Below are positions 27,154 to 36,800 of a stretch of DNA of 64,000 nt, piece after piece (the stretch's first letter is position 1; each line of letters begins with the position of its first letter). Made by a program: the position numbers and the translations under genes. Under the pieces are notes generated by a model, which saw nothing but the letters and a program-made list of their open reading frames with translations, did not search any database and was not told the origin of the DNA. Source of the stretch: a virus; the IMG/VR virus record IMGVR_UViG_3300017987_000006, positions 96,001 to 160,000 of that record; one strand, 5' to 3'.

Positions 27154-27900
27154 ATGACAAAAGAGAGCAAGGCATTCGGTACGCAGCGCGCCAACAAGCA
27201 GCACCTCGTGCTGGGTAAGGGCGGCGTGGCTGGTGAGGTCGCAGATCTCCGCCGCGACGTGGAAGAGGGCTTTCAGAACAACGAGGAGCGCGCGGGCTTC
27301 CCCGAGGTCGACTGGGTCGATGGCGGCGCGATGTCCGTGGACGGCGGAGACGACTTCGTCATCAAGGGATCGAACCTGCTGCAAGATCAGGAGTTCGACT
27401 CGGTGACGCTGGGCACCGGCAACGCGGCCGTCACCTTCTCGGCGTTGAAGCCGGGCGAGGGCAGCGGGCTCTCCGTAGTCATCGAGCAGGGTGTTGGGGC
27501 TCTGGCGGTCGATCTGACAGACGGGCTTCTGACCGTCACGCTCGCCGCGGCGAACAGTACGGCCACCGAGGTAGCTGCGGCCGTCAACGCCGACTCCGAT
27601 TGTATCGGGGTGATCCTGGCCGTCGCCGGTGGAACCGGTGCGGATGACGTCGTGGTAGCGACCGAGACCGAGTTGACCGGCGGCGTCGGCACCTACGCCG
27701 AGAACAAGGTCCTCATCTCTGGCGTGGAGGCGCTGCCGAAGCAGGAGGCCGACTCGTGGGGCGACGACTCGATCACCGTGAAGACGCCAGATCTGACGGC
27801 TGAGACCGATGCTCGAGCGGAGGGCGACCTGGCCACCATCCGTGTTATGGTGGACGGTAAGCTGTCGCTTCAGGCGACCATGGCGCTGGGCGCGGCATAA
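27154..27900 (+). CDS. Structural protein, acidic and beta-rich (Ig-like/sheath-like segments)
   Basis: Start MTKES at 27154 with RBS AGGAG; TATEVAAAVNA and SWGDDSITVKTP segments. Confidence 0.6.
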   Translation: MTKESKAFGTQRANKQHLVLGKGGVAGEVADLRRDVEEGFQNNEERAGFPEVDWVDGGAMSVDGGDDFVIKGSNLLQDQEFDSVTLGTGNAAVTFSALKPGEGSGLSVVIEQGVGALAVDLTDGLLTVTLAAANSTATEVAAAVNADSDCIGVILAVAGGTGADDVVVATETELTGGVGTYAENKVLISGVEALPKQEADSWGDDSITVKTPDLTAETDARAEGDLATIRVMVDGKLSLQATMALGAA

Positions 27901-27912
27901 CAGCGAGATCTG

Positions 27913-28719
27913 GTGTCCCGGGACTACGAAGCTGAGCTCCGGGAGGTCCTGGAAAAGACGGGTCAGTCAGCCGGCATCACCAACACGACGGACGAGTCGG
28001 CCGAACACGTCGAAACCACGTCTCCGGAGACAGAGCACACGGAGGCGGAGAAGGTTGTTGTTACGCCCTTCTCCGCCGCCAAGCTCTTTGTGCACCACGA
28101 CACACATCCTCTGGTCTTGGACATCAAGCTGATGGATCAGTATGGGCTCTCGTGGTTCGAGTGGGAGCCCACGACGTTGTGGCGAGAGATCATGGACGAT
28201 TTTCGGACGCCCTCGATCTCGGACCACGTCAAGAGCAAGATCCAAGCCCTACGTACGACGCACATCACAGATAAGGCGTTCGCGAAGTGGGAGACGTTCT
28301 CCGTCATCACGCAGGCACTGAACAACAACATTCCAGACTTCGAGATCATGCGGAGGCCCACCATCTCCCAGCTGTTTGCGGCAGTGGACATGATGACTAT
28401 GGTTCGCAACGATGTCCCGTTCAGCGAGGAGATCGAGTACTGGTGCGGGGCCGCACTGCTGGATGCGGGGGTGGTGTGTGCCCCCCAGCCCATCGCTTTC
28501 TGCCAAGACGCAATCCTGGAGATTCAGGAAGAATTGGGAGTAGAGGTTGACCCAGCTCCCGTAAAGGAGAAATATAGACTATTGCTGTCTGTCCCCGCGG
28601 AGGAGGTGGAGCTCAGGGAGAACCCGGTGGACATCCAGGTGATGAAGCTGATCATTGCCAGGGACTACCTTTCTTTGCGTCGCGGCCAGATGAAAGAACA
28701 GCTGAGGGCCCTACGATGA
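27913..28719 (+). CDS. Hypothetical protein in the morphogenesis block
   Basis: 268 aa, coupled to neighbours. Confidence 0.65.
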   Translation: MSRDYEAELREVLEKTGQSAGITNTTDESAEHVETTSPETEHTEAEKVVVTPFSAAKLFVHHDTHPLVLDIKLMDQYGLSWFEWEPTTLWREIMDDFRTPSISDHVKSKIQALRTTHITDKAFAKWETFSVITQALNNNIPDFEIMRRPTISQLFAAVDMMTMVRNDVPFSEEIEYWCGAALLDAGVVCAPQPIAFCQDAILEIQEELGVEVDPAPVKEKYRLLLSVPAEEVELRENPVDIQVMKLIIARDYLSLRRGQMKEQLRALR

Positions 28720-29597
28720 ATGCATACAAGACCCTGGCCTTTGTAGACGAGCTGGAGAAGCTGGCCCTCGCACCTTCGTTGGTCCAGCGGGCCCTACGGT
28801 CTGGTGTCGGCCGTGCTGTCGTCAGCAACGTCCCGAAGGTCTGGGGCTCTGGTTTCGGGCGCGCGGCAGCGGGAGCCCTGCCTGGGGCGGCCATAGGTGC
28901 TGTGGCAGACCCGCAGGACAGTGTTCGGGGGGCAGTCCTGGGCGGTCTTGCTGGAGCTGGAGCTGGCTATGCATCACCCCTGCTCACGGCTGGGGGTCGC
29001 GCTCGTGCTAGAGAGGCCCTGAAGCAGTGGGGCAGGGAACAGAAGCACTCCTTCGTTGGTGGTGAACTCCCCATCAAAAAAAGCATGAAGCCGGAAGAAA
29101 TCGCGAAACTTCGATCTGCGGAGAAGGCCGGGCTGACTAGTCTGCCGGGCGTAGTCAAGGGGATGGCAAAGAGGCCGCTACAGACGATGAAGGCTGGTTG
29201 GCAACACGCTGGAGGTCTGGGCAAGGCTATGATCGTGGGGGATGTGGCGCTGCAGGCTCCGGGCCTTGTAGACCCAACCACCCCAGAAGGAACGGGGGAG
29301 AAGGCCCTGCGGATGCTCGGAGGGACAGCAGGATTTCTTGCCGGAGGAAAGCTGCCGATGTTGGCTAGCCTGGCCCCCATGGCCGGGCTGGCGTACCTCG
29401 GCGGGAAGGCTGGTCGCGGGATCGATGTGTTGACAGGCGAGAGAGCAAAGAAAAAGAAGATGATGACTGCGGCGCAGCAGGCCGAAGCCGACAAGTTTTT
29501 GCGGGTCAGGCCTACTACTGCTCTCGCTCAGCGGGAGGCGCGGAAACTCGTCCCGGCCGGGTACATCCCGGCTGGGTACGGACCGGGGGTTGTCTGA
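28716..29597 (+). CDS. Gly/Ala-rich basic protein with ELEK leader (glycine-zipper-like)
   Basis: MNAYKTLAFVDELEKLA; GxxxG repeats. Confidence 0.65.
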   Translation: MNAYKTLAFVDELEKLALAPSLVQRALRSGVGRAVVSNVPKVWGSGFGRAAAGALPGAAIGAVADPQDSVRGAVLGGLAGAGAGYASPLLTAGGRARAREALKQWGREQKHSFVGGELPIKKSMKPEEIAKLRSAEKAGLTSLPGVVKGMAKRPLQTMKAGWQHAGGLGKAMIVGDVALQAPGLVDPTTPEGTGEKALRMLGGTAGFLAGGKLPMLASLAPMAGLAYLGGKAGRGIDVLTGERAKKKKMMTAAQQAEADKFLRVRPTTALAQREARKLVPAGYIPAGYGPGVV

Positions 29598-30772
29598 TGG
29601 ACCTCGGAACAGTTGGCGCTACACGCTTCTCCAGATCTCGCGGCAGGATAACTGGATCTGGAACCAGCGGCATCAGCTATCCGAGCCCGTTCTTCGATAT
29701 CGGGCATACGTACCTGCCCACCACCGTCAAGCAGATGTTCAGGTGGTGTCGGTACTACTTTTTAGTTCACCCGCTGATCAACTCGATCATCTTCAAGATG
29801 GCCCAGTATCCGATCACGGACCTGGTCTATCACACCGACGATCCGCACTTGAAGGACCGGTGGAGGGAGATCTTCGAGGACGTTCTCAAGTACCGCTGCT
29901 TCCAGATGGAGATCGGTCTCGACTTCAACACGTACGGCAACGGGTTTGTCTCAATGTTCTTTCCGTTCCGGAAGATCATTGAGTGCACGAACTGTCATAA
30001 CAGCGAGGCCGCAAAGGACGCCAGGTACTACTTCCGCAACTTCCAGTTCTATTGGAAGTGCCCACGCTGTGGGCACCACGGGCCGACCAAGGTCTATGAT
30101 CGGTACATCAAGTCGACGCGGGGAATCCGCCTCTTGAGGTGGAACCCGGAGGACATCGACGTTCGATACAACGATCTGAACGGCCAGTACACCTACTTCT
30201 ACGACATTCCCGTGAAGTTGAAGAACGACATCATCATGGGGCGGAGACATATCGTGGAGGAGGTGCCGCAGGTCTTCATCGAAGCGCTTCGACGGAAGAA
30301 GGCTATCGTCTTCAACAACGACAACATCTACCACTTCCGACGCCCGACACTGGCTGGCAAAGATCGAGGGTGGGGAATCCCATTGATCTTGCCGGTGCTG
30401 AAGGACGCCTTCTACCTGCAAATACTGAAAAAATCTCAAGAATGTGTGTCTTTAACCAGCGAGCTGGAGACATCGGGCGGGCTGGTGCAGGCGGACGATG
30501 TTAGGGTTGGGGACCTCGTGAGAACTCATACGGGCGCGTGGAAATCCGTGGAGAAGAAGTGGTATCGGGACGCCCGAGAAGAAGAGGTCGGCAGGAAGAT
30601 CACTCTCACGAGTCTTCGTGGGTATCCGACAACGTATTCTCCACAACATCCAATCTTTACGATCCGCAGAAACGGGATTAATAGACGGACGGACACGAGA
30701 GAAGCTCCACGCTCCTCAATAATTTTGAGCAGGCCGCATCTTTATGAGGAGGTCCTTTGTCCGGCAGAGTAG
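29597..30772 (+). CDS. Portal protein, N-part (extein with Zn ribbon + intein N-region), ends at in-frame TAG
   Basis: YPSPFFD, HPLINSII, RGWGIPLILPVLK portal-like motifs; CTNC...CPRCG insertion; intein starts SQE|CVSL. Confidence 0.7.
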   Translation: MDLGTVGATRFSRSRGRITGSGTSGISYPSPFFDIGHTYLPTTVKQMFRWCRYYFLVHPLINSIIFKMAQYPITDLVYHTDDPHLKDRWREIFEDVLKYRCFQMEIGLDFNTYGNGFVSMFFPFRKIIECTNCHNSEAAKDARYYFRNFQFYWKCPRCGHHGPTKVYDRYIKSTRGIRLLRWNPEDIDVRYNDLNGQYTYFYDIPVKLKNDIIMGRRHIVEEVPQVFIEALRRKKAIVFNNDNIYHFRRPTLAGKDRGWGIPLILPVLKDAFYLQILKKSQECVSLTSELETSGGLVQADDVRVGDLVRTHTGAWKSVEKKWYRDAREEEVGRKITLTSLRGYPTTYSPQHPIFTIRRNGINRRTDTREAPRSSIILSRPHLYEEVLCPAE

Positions 30773-31723
30773 TTGGGTATCGGGGAGTACGTCCTCTATC
30801 CGCGGTATCTCCCCGTGCAGGAGACAACCTACGTTGACGTTGCTTTAAGGACCGGGTTGGTGAGTACTGACGGGTTCGTCTATAGTGGGTGCTGTGAGGA
30901 CACCGCTGTCGCTTTCGAATCTTTGGAGCGGGGAGAAAGGGTACCACACGACAACCCGGGGCGAGTAGCGAAGAGGGCGATTCGTGATGGGCGCACTCCG
31001 AAGAGAATGCCCAGGATCATTCCCATGACGGACGACCTGGCTTACATCCTCGGTTGGTATGCTGGTGATGGGAGCTGCAATGCCAGAAGTGTATTTTTCA
31101 GCCTTGGGAAAGGGGATGATTCCCTTTCTCTCATCGGGGCTATTCAGCGAGAGTTCGGGGTTACACCCACCGTGGAGGAGGGAAAATCTGTGAACACGGT
31201 GGTACTGTCCGACGTCATCGTACGTCATTTGATCAAGGGCCTAGTACCCGGGACAGCTCGACATAAAAAAGCCCCAGAAGAGGTGCTCAACGCCCCAAAC
31301 AGCATGAAACTTTCATACCTGCGTGGGTTGTGGGAGGCAGACGGGTCAGCAGGCGAAAAGAGTATATGCATCACCTCCACCAGTCGAAACCAAGCATATG
31401 ACGTATATAGGATCGCGATCCATGTTGGCTGTATCGCTTCCATCGGAAAATCGAAGCCGAGCGTTAGCGTAATTGATGGAAGAGAGGTACGAAGCAAAGG
31501 ATCGTACAATGTGACCGTATGCAATGCGTCGGCCGATCGTCTGCGTTCTTTGTGGGAGTGCGGGGAGGGCCCTGATATTACATCAGGGAAAAGCGGGTTC
31601 TTTTGGGGTGACTACTTTGCCACCAGGATCTGCGCAATTGAAGAGGTTGAGGAGGCACAGTATATAGACTTCAAGGTAGCCGATGACACCACGTTCTGTG
31701 TCCCGGGTACGGCCACAAAGAAT
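30443..31723 (+). mobile_element. LAGLIDADG intein in the portal, interrupted by TAG at 30770-30772
   Basis: CVSLTSEL..., TYSPQHPIF, YILGWYAGDGS, YLRGLWEADGS, YIDFKV...TATKN|S; rejoined extein ILKKSQE-SIALDHIVP. Confidence 0.85.
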
Positions 31724-32911
31724 AGCATTGCGCTCGATCATATCGTCCCACTTCGCGTGATGTTCCCGCAGACCGGCTCGGCAACCGCCGACCCATTCTC
31801 GATGGTCAACCTCTCGGAATGGAAAGATCAAATCGCTGAGGAGATTCAGCGTTGGAGGCTCGATAATAACTACATTCCGATCCTCCCGCTCCCCATCGGT
31901 AATCAGACCATCGGAGGCGATGGTCGGGCGTTGTTGCTCGGGCAAGAGATCAGAGTGTGGTCGGAGCAGATCGTCACCGGGCTGGGGATCCCAATCGAGC
32001 TCATCTTCGGCGGCCTGTCCTACAGCGGTAGCAATGTATCGCTGCGTATGCTCGAGAACATGTTCATCAACTATATGCACGATCATATCGACCTGACGAA
32101 GTGGGTGGTGCGTAAGATCTCTTCTTACATGGACTGGCCATCGATAACGATCAAGTTCAAGCCGTTCAAGATGGCGGACGACTTGCAGCGTAAGGCGTTC
32201 AACCTGCAGCTCTCCCAGGTCGGAAAAATCTCTGACGATTCCCTGCTGTCTGATGCAGATTTCGATCCGGACCACGAGGACAAACAGATCGAGAACGAGA
32301 CCAACCGGCGAGCGGAGGCACAGAAAAAGGCCAGGCTGGCGCAGGCCGAGATCGAAGGCGCGAGTCAAATGATCATGATGCGCTATCAGATGAAGGCGCA
32401 GCAAGAACAGATGCAGATGCAGATGCAGGGAGCTCCGGCTCCCGGGGAGCCGGGAGCAGAGGCGCACGGCGTCGCGGAGGAGAGTGGGATGCAGCCGCAG
32501 CAGCCCCCGCCAGAGCAAGGTGGACCTGGGACTGCTCCGCTTCCTCAACAGATGATGGCTGCGCAGGCGCTGCCACCAATTCCGGCCCAGGCCCGCGCCG
32601 AGCTACCGCCAGCAATGTCGGAGATGGAGTCACCGCTGAACATGGCGCAGCAAGTGGGTCAGGTTAATCAAGACCAGGCTGGCCAGATGAACGTGGATCT
32701 CATAGCGCAAGCTCAGATGGTGGCGGGGCAGCTGATGCGGATGGACGAGAACAGCCGGACGATGGTGCTGATGAACTTGAGACAGCAGTCGCCTGAGTTC
32801 TACCAGGTCGTGTTGGGGCTAATGCAGAGCATGGTGGCCGGCGGCCCCACCGCAGAACCGCCGCCCGAGCAGCAGGCTCCACAGCGGGGCCGCGAGGCCG
32901 CCGCAGTCTAG
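30773..32911 (+). CDS. Portal protein, C-part (intein endonuclease and C-region + portal C-extein with Q/P-rich tail)
   Basis: Same frame as 29597..30772; extein SIALDHIVPLRVMFP...GLGIPIELIFGGLSYSG. Confidence 0.7.
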   Translation: MGIGEYVLYPRYLPVQETTYVDVALRTGLVSTDGFVYSGCCEDTAVAFESLERGERVPHDNPGRVAKRAIRDGRTPKRMPRIIPMTDDLAYILGWYAGDGSCNARSVFFSLGKGDDSLSLIGAIQREFGVTPTVEEGKSVNTVVLSDVIVRHLIKGLVPGTARHKKAPEEVLNAPNSMKLSYLRGLWEADGSAGEKSICITSTSRNQAYDVYRIAIHVGCIASIGKSKPSVSVIDGREVRSKGSYNVTVCNASADRLRSLWECGEGPDITSGKSGFFWGDYFATRICAIEEVEEAQYIDFKVADDTTFCVPGTATKNSIALDHIVPLRVMFPQTGSATADPFSMVNLSEWKDQIAEEIQRWRLDNNYIPILPLPIGNQTIGGDGRALLLGQEIRVWSEQIVTGLGIPIELIFGGLSYSGSNVSLRMLENMFINYMHDHIDLTKWVVRKISSYMDWPSITIKFKPFKMADDLQRKAFNLQLSQVGKISDDSLLSDADFDPDHEDKQIENETNRRAEAQKKARLAQAEIEGASQMIMMRYQMKAQQEQMQMQMQGAPAPGEPGAEAHGVAEESGMQPQQPPPEQGGPGTAPLPQQMMAAQALPPIPAQARAELPPAMSEMESPLNMAQQVGQVNQDQAGQMNVDLIAQAQMVAGQLMRMDENSRTMVLMNLRQQSPEFYQVVLGLMQSMVAGGPTAEPPPEQQAPQRGREAAAV

Positions 32912-33450
32912 GTCAGGCTGACTCGTTTCAAGGTCGGCCATGACGGTATCTTCTCCTCCTCGTCTTCTTCAACTCCTGGATCTGGGAAATCGTCCTCAAA
33001 CCCTAACAGCCTGGTGAGCGCCCAACCGTCGTATTCACGGACCCGCATCTCTAAACAATCAGAGCACATGTTGATACGTAATACTCTGGAGCGACCATCA
33101 AAGAACTCCTGGATATCTTCGCACCAGACCGTGTCCGGCCCGTGAATCTCGAATCTTCCGGCCTCAATCTCGTAACAAGACTCCTCTCCGATGAGGTCCT
33201 CGGGGCAAAACCCGCAGTCTGTGTGATCGTCCCCAACCTCTTCGAACCCAAGACCGATCTCCTCCAAACACCCCAGGTGCGCCCATCTTACGTCTTCCCC
33301 GTCTTGGTAACACCTGGGATGAAAGTACCATTCATTATGCTTGCGGCTTCGTCGAAGCCTCCCCACGCGGATGCAAAAGGCTTCAACGTCCAGGCCGATC
33401 TTATTTTCGCATATAACGCAGCTTGGGCTTTCGTCTCGTTCTCTTCCCAT
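32908..33450 (-). CDS. Cys-rich acidic hypothetical protein
   Basis: CVIC, CGFC, CSDC; RBS GGAGG. Confidence 0.6.
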   Translation of the reverse strand: MGRERDESPSCVICENKIGLDVEAFCIRVGRLRRSRKHNEWYFHPRCYQDGEDVRWAHLGCLEEIGLGFEEVGDDHTDCGFCPEDLIGEESCYEIEAGRFEIHGPDTVWCEDIQEFFDGRSRVLRINMCSDCLEMRVREYDGWALTRLLGFEDDFPDPGVEEDEEEKIPSWPTLKRVSLT

Positions 33451-33556
33451 CCTGGTCCTCCTTCGCCTTCTTTAGTTTTCTGACGACGCTTCTCAGCGTT
33501 TCATGGAGTGCCATGAGAAGACCCACAACAAAACCACTTTCGAACATCTCTCGCAT
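33401..33556 (-). CDS. Small hypothetical protein (51 aa, absent from ORF track)
   Basis: MREMFESGFVVGLLMALHETLRSVVRKLKK...; ATG overlaps upstream TGA. Confidence 0.4.
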   Translation of the reverse strand: MREMFESGFVVGLLMALHETLRSVVRKLKKAKEDQDGKRTRRKPKLRYMRK

Positions 33557-33687
33557 CAGTCATCCTCGTCGTCTGCATCTTCATTCTTGTCTTCGTCATC
33601 TTCGGCCTGCCCGCTATTCGGATCTAGCGCATCATCCAACCAGTCCTCCGCCTCTTTGAGCTGTGATTGATCTTCGTCTTCGGGCAT
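33556..33687 (-). CDS. Small very acidic protein
   Basis: MPEDEDQSQLKEAEDWLDDALDP...; RBS AGGAGA; ATAAG motif 40 nt upstream. Confidence 0.5.
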   Translation of the reverse strand: MPEDEDQSQLKEAEDWLDDALDPNSGQAEDDEDKNEDADDEDD

Positions 33688-33724
33688 GGTTTCTCCTGTG
33701 TAAAAGTTACTGACCATCTTAGTC

Positions 33725-33740
33725 TTCTTATATCGACGAA
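33725..33740 (-). promoter_or_regulatory. ATAAG-type putative phage promoter
   Basis: Minus strand TCGTCGATATAAGAA, 40 nt before the 33687 start. Confidence 0.4.
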
Positions 33741-33750
33741 TTCGATTGTT

Positions 33751-33779
33751 TTGACTCGCAAAATGTGGGCTGCTATGAT
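33751..33779 (+). promoter_or_regulatory. Strong sigma70-like promoter of the RNAP gene
   Basis: TTGACT-17-TATGAT with extended -10 TG. Confidence 0.7.
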
Positions 33780-33806
33780 CTTCGTCGTATACACAGGAGT
33801 CATCTA

Positions 33807-36800
33807 ATGGCGAGGCTCGCACCTGAAGAGGGGTTCGCCCTCCTCAAAGACCAGGTAGCGGAGACTGTCAAGGAGATCTTCCCGATCAAGGGAACCAAAC
33901 ACACTCTCCGCCTGGACGACATCGAAGTCAAAGACAACAAGGACATCGAGGACATCCGCTCCCAAAAGAAGGCGCGGCTAGAAGGCCGCACCTGGTCCGT
34001 TCCGGTCAACGGTAAGTTGTCTCTCGTTGATAACAAGACCGGGAAGGTGGTCGATCGGCGGACTCAGAGGATCATGAGCTTGCCCAAGGTGACCAACAGG
34101 CACTCCTACATCGTGGATGGTCAGGAGTACCAGATGGACAACCAGTGGCAGCTCAAGCCCGGCGTCTATTCCAGGCGTGATGAGAGGGGCGAGCTGGAGT
34201 CCATGTTCAACCTGAAGGGTAAGCACGCCTTCAAGGTGAAGTTCGACCCAAAGACAGCCAAGTTCTCCATGCTCAAGGGGACCACCAACGTTCCGCTCTA
34301 CCCCATTATGCGCGAGCTCGGGGTGACGGACGAGGACCTCGAAAAGTCGTGGGGCAAGCAGATCTTGCAGTCCAACAAGGTCAAGTCTTCAGACGCTGCG
34401 CTCGAGCGGTTCTACAAAGCCGTAAACAGAGAAAAGCCCTCGGACCCGCGCCAGGCCAGGGAGTTTTTGCAGGAGTTCATGGACGGGGCGAAGATGGACC
34501 CCGACGTCGCCCGCATCACGTTGGGCGATAAGCATGACACTGTCGGCGGAAAGACGATCCAGCTCGCCTCGCAGAAGCTGTTGGGCATCAGCCGCGGTGA
34601 CGTGAAACCAGATGCACGCGACAGCCTGATGTTCAAGAACTTCCGCTCGACAGAGGACTTCGCACGCGAAGCGCTTCAGACCAGGAGTGGAGAGATCTTA
34701 CGGCGCGTCGGAAATAACCTGGACCGGAAAGGAAAGATCCAGGAGATCGTCGGGCCGGACATTTTCAACCGTCCCATCAATGCGCTGTTCAAGAAGGCCA
34801 ACCTGTCCAACCGACCAGACCAGACCAACCCGCTAGAAATGATCTCCGGAGCGATGAAGACGACGATCATGGGTGAGGGTGGTATCACGAGCGAGCATAA
34901 GATCACTGAGGATGCAAAGCTCATCGATCCTTCCCACCTCGGTTTTCTCGATCCGATCCATACTCCTGAATCGGCGCGAACAGGCGTGTCGTTGCATCTT
35001 CCTCTTGGGGCGCGAAAGAAGGGGAACAAGCTCGTCACCAAGATGTACAACATCAAGACGGGTAAGATGGAGGATGTCGATCCCGAGACGGCGTACAACG
35101 CCAATATCGTCTTGCCAGATCAGGTGAAGTGGAGGGATGGAAAGCCCGTCCCAATCGGCAAGACCGTCAAGTTCAGCGGCCAGGAAAACGAAATCACAAC
35201 GGGCAGTATGAAGGGGGCGGACTACGTAATGCCGGCCCCGGCACAGCTCTTCTCTGTCGCCTCCAATATGATCCCCTTCCTTCAGAACGACTCCGGGAAC
35301 AGGGCAACGTACGCCAGCAAGCAGATGGAGCAGGCCATCCCACTGAAGCATCGAGAGTCTCCGTTGGTGCAGACCGTCATCGCCGCAGGGAAGAAAGAGA
35401 CCAGCCTCAACAAGTTCATGGGGAAGATCAATTCCCATACGACTCCAATTGATGGAGAGGTTGTGCAGGTCAAAAGCGATAGCGTGGTGATCAAGGGAGC
35501 GGACGGGAAGCGCAAGGAGGTTCAGACTTACGACCACTTCCCGTTGAATGACGACAAGAGCTTCTTGCACTCGACGCCGCTGGTGAAGGTTGGCGATAAG
35601 GTCAAGAAGGGGCAGACCGTAGCCGACACGAATTTTACCAAAAAGGGAGATCTGGCACTCGGATCGAACTTGACGACGGCGTATGTCCCGTTCCACGGGT
35701 ACAACTACGAAGATGGTGTGGTGATCTCCGAGTCCGGGGCGAAGCAGCTCACGAGCGAGCACATGCACCGTAAGGGCCTGGACGTCGGCAAGGAGCACAC
35801 GCTCAGCAAGGACGCGTTCCTCAAGCACTACGGGATGACGCTCAAAAAAGACCAAGCTGACAAGCTGGACGACGCGGGCGTGATCAAAAAGGGACAGAGG
35901 GTTGGTCCGGGAGACACCCTGGTAGCGGCCTTGCGGCATCGGGAAGAGACGGACGAGGACAAGATCCGTAGGCGGATGCACAAGTCGTTGGTCAAACCAT
36001 ACGACAACGTCTCCGTCACCTGGGACAACGATCATCCAGGCGTCGTGACGAACGTGGTGAAGCGAGGCAAACGCGCAGAGGTTCATGTCAGGACTGAGGA
36101 GCCGGCGGAAATCGGCGATAAGATCAGCGGCAGGCATGGGGACAAGGGCATTATCACCCGCATCGTCCCAGATCACGAGATGCCCACAACCAAGGACGGG
36201 AAGCGTGTTCATCTGGCGCTGAACCCGGCGGGGGTTGCTGGACGTATCAATTTGGGACAGGTCCTTGAGGCAGCGGCCGGGAAGATCGCCGAGAAGACTG
36301 GAAAGCCATACCGCGTGCAGAATTTTGACGGCACTGAGGATATGACCGAGCGTGTCCAGAAAGAGCTCAAAGAGCACGGTCTGTCCGACAAGGAAGAGCT
36401 CATCGACCCCAAGACCGGCAAGACGATGGGGAGGGCTTTGGTGGGGCCGCGGTACATGCACAAGCTTAGACACCAGGTCGGAAAGAAGCTCGTAGCCCGT
36501 GCTGGAGGACCGGACTACGCCTACGATATGAATCGCATTCCGAAGCGTGGCGGTCCGCACGGGGCGCAGGCGTTGGACTCTTTGGGGGTCTACGCGATGT
36601 TGGCTTCCGGAGCCAAGGCGAATCTTCGTGAGATGCAGACTTACAAGAGCAACGCGGAGAACAACGATGAGCTGTGGTCTGCGGTTCAGACTGGAGATCC
36701 ACTCCCAGCTCCCAGGCCCTCATTCGCCTACAACAAGTTCGTCGGCATGCTCAAGACTATCGGCGTCAACACGGTCAAGCAAGGCAACACACTGAACCTG

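Noticed and set aside
29597-32911. Genome-wide TAG reassignment (code 15) to explain the portal stop
   Set aside because: TAG ends many clearly complete genes (3434, 41507, 49196, 58533, 63899), often with a new RBS or start immediately after.
34833-36560. 575-aa antisense ORF inside the RNAP gene, and similar long antisense ORFs at 57409-58548, 60838-61740 and 55239-56102
   Set aside because: Shadow frames caused by strong GC3 codon bias of the real genes; no recognisable motifs.
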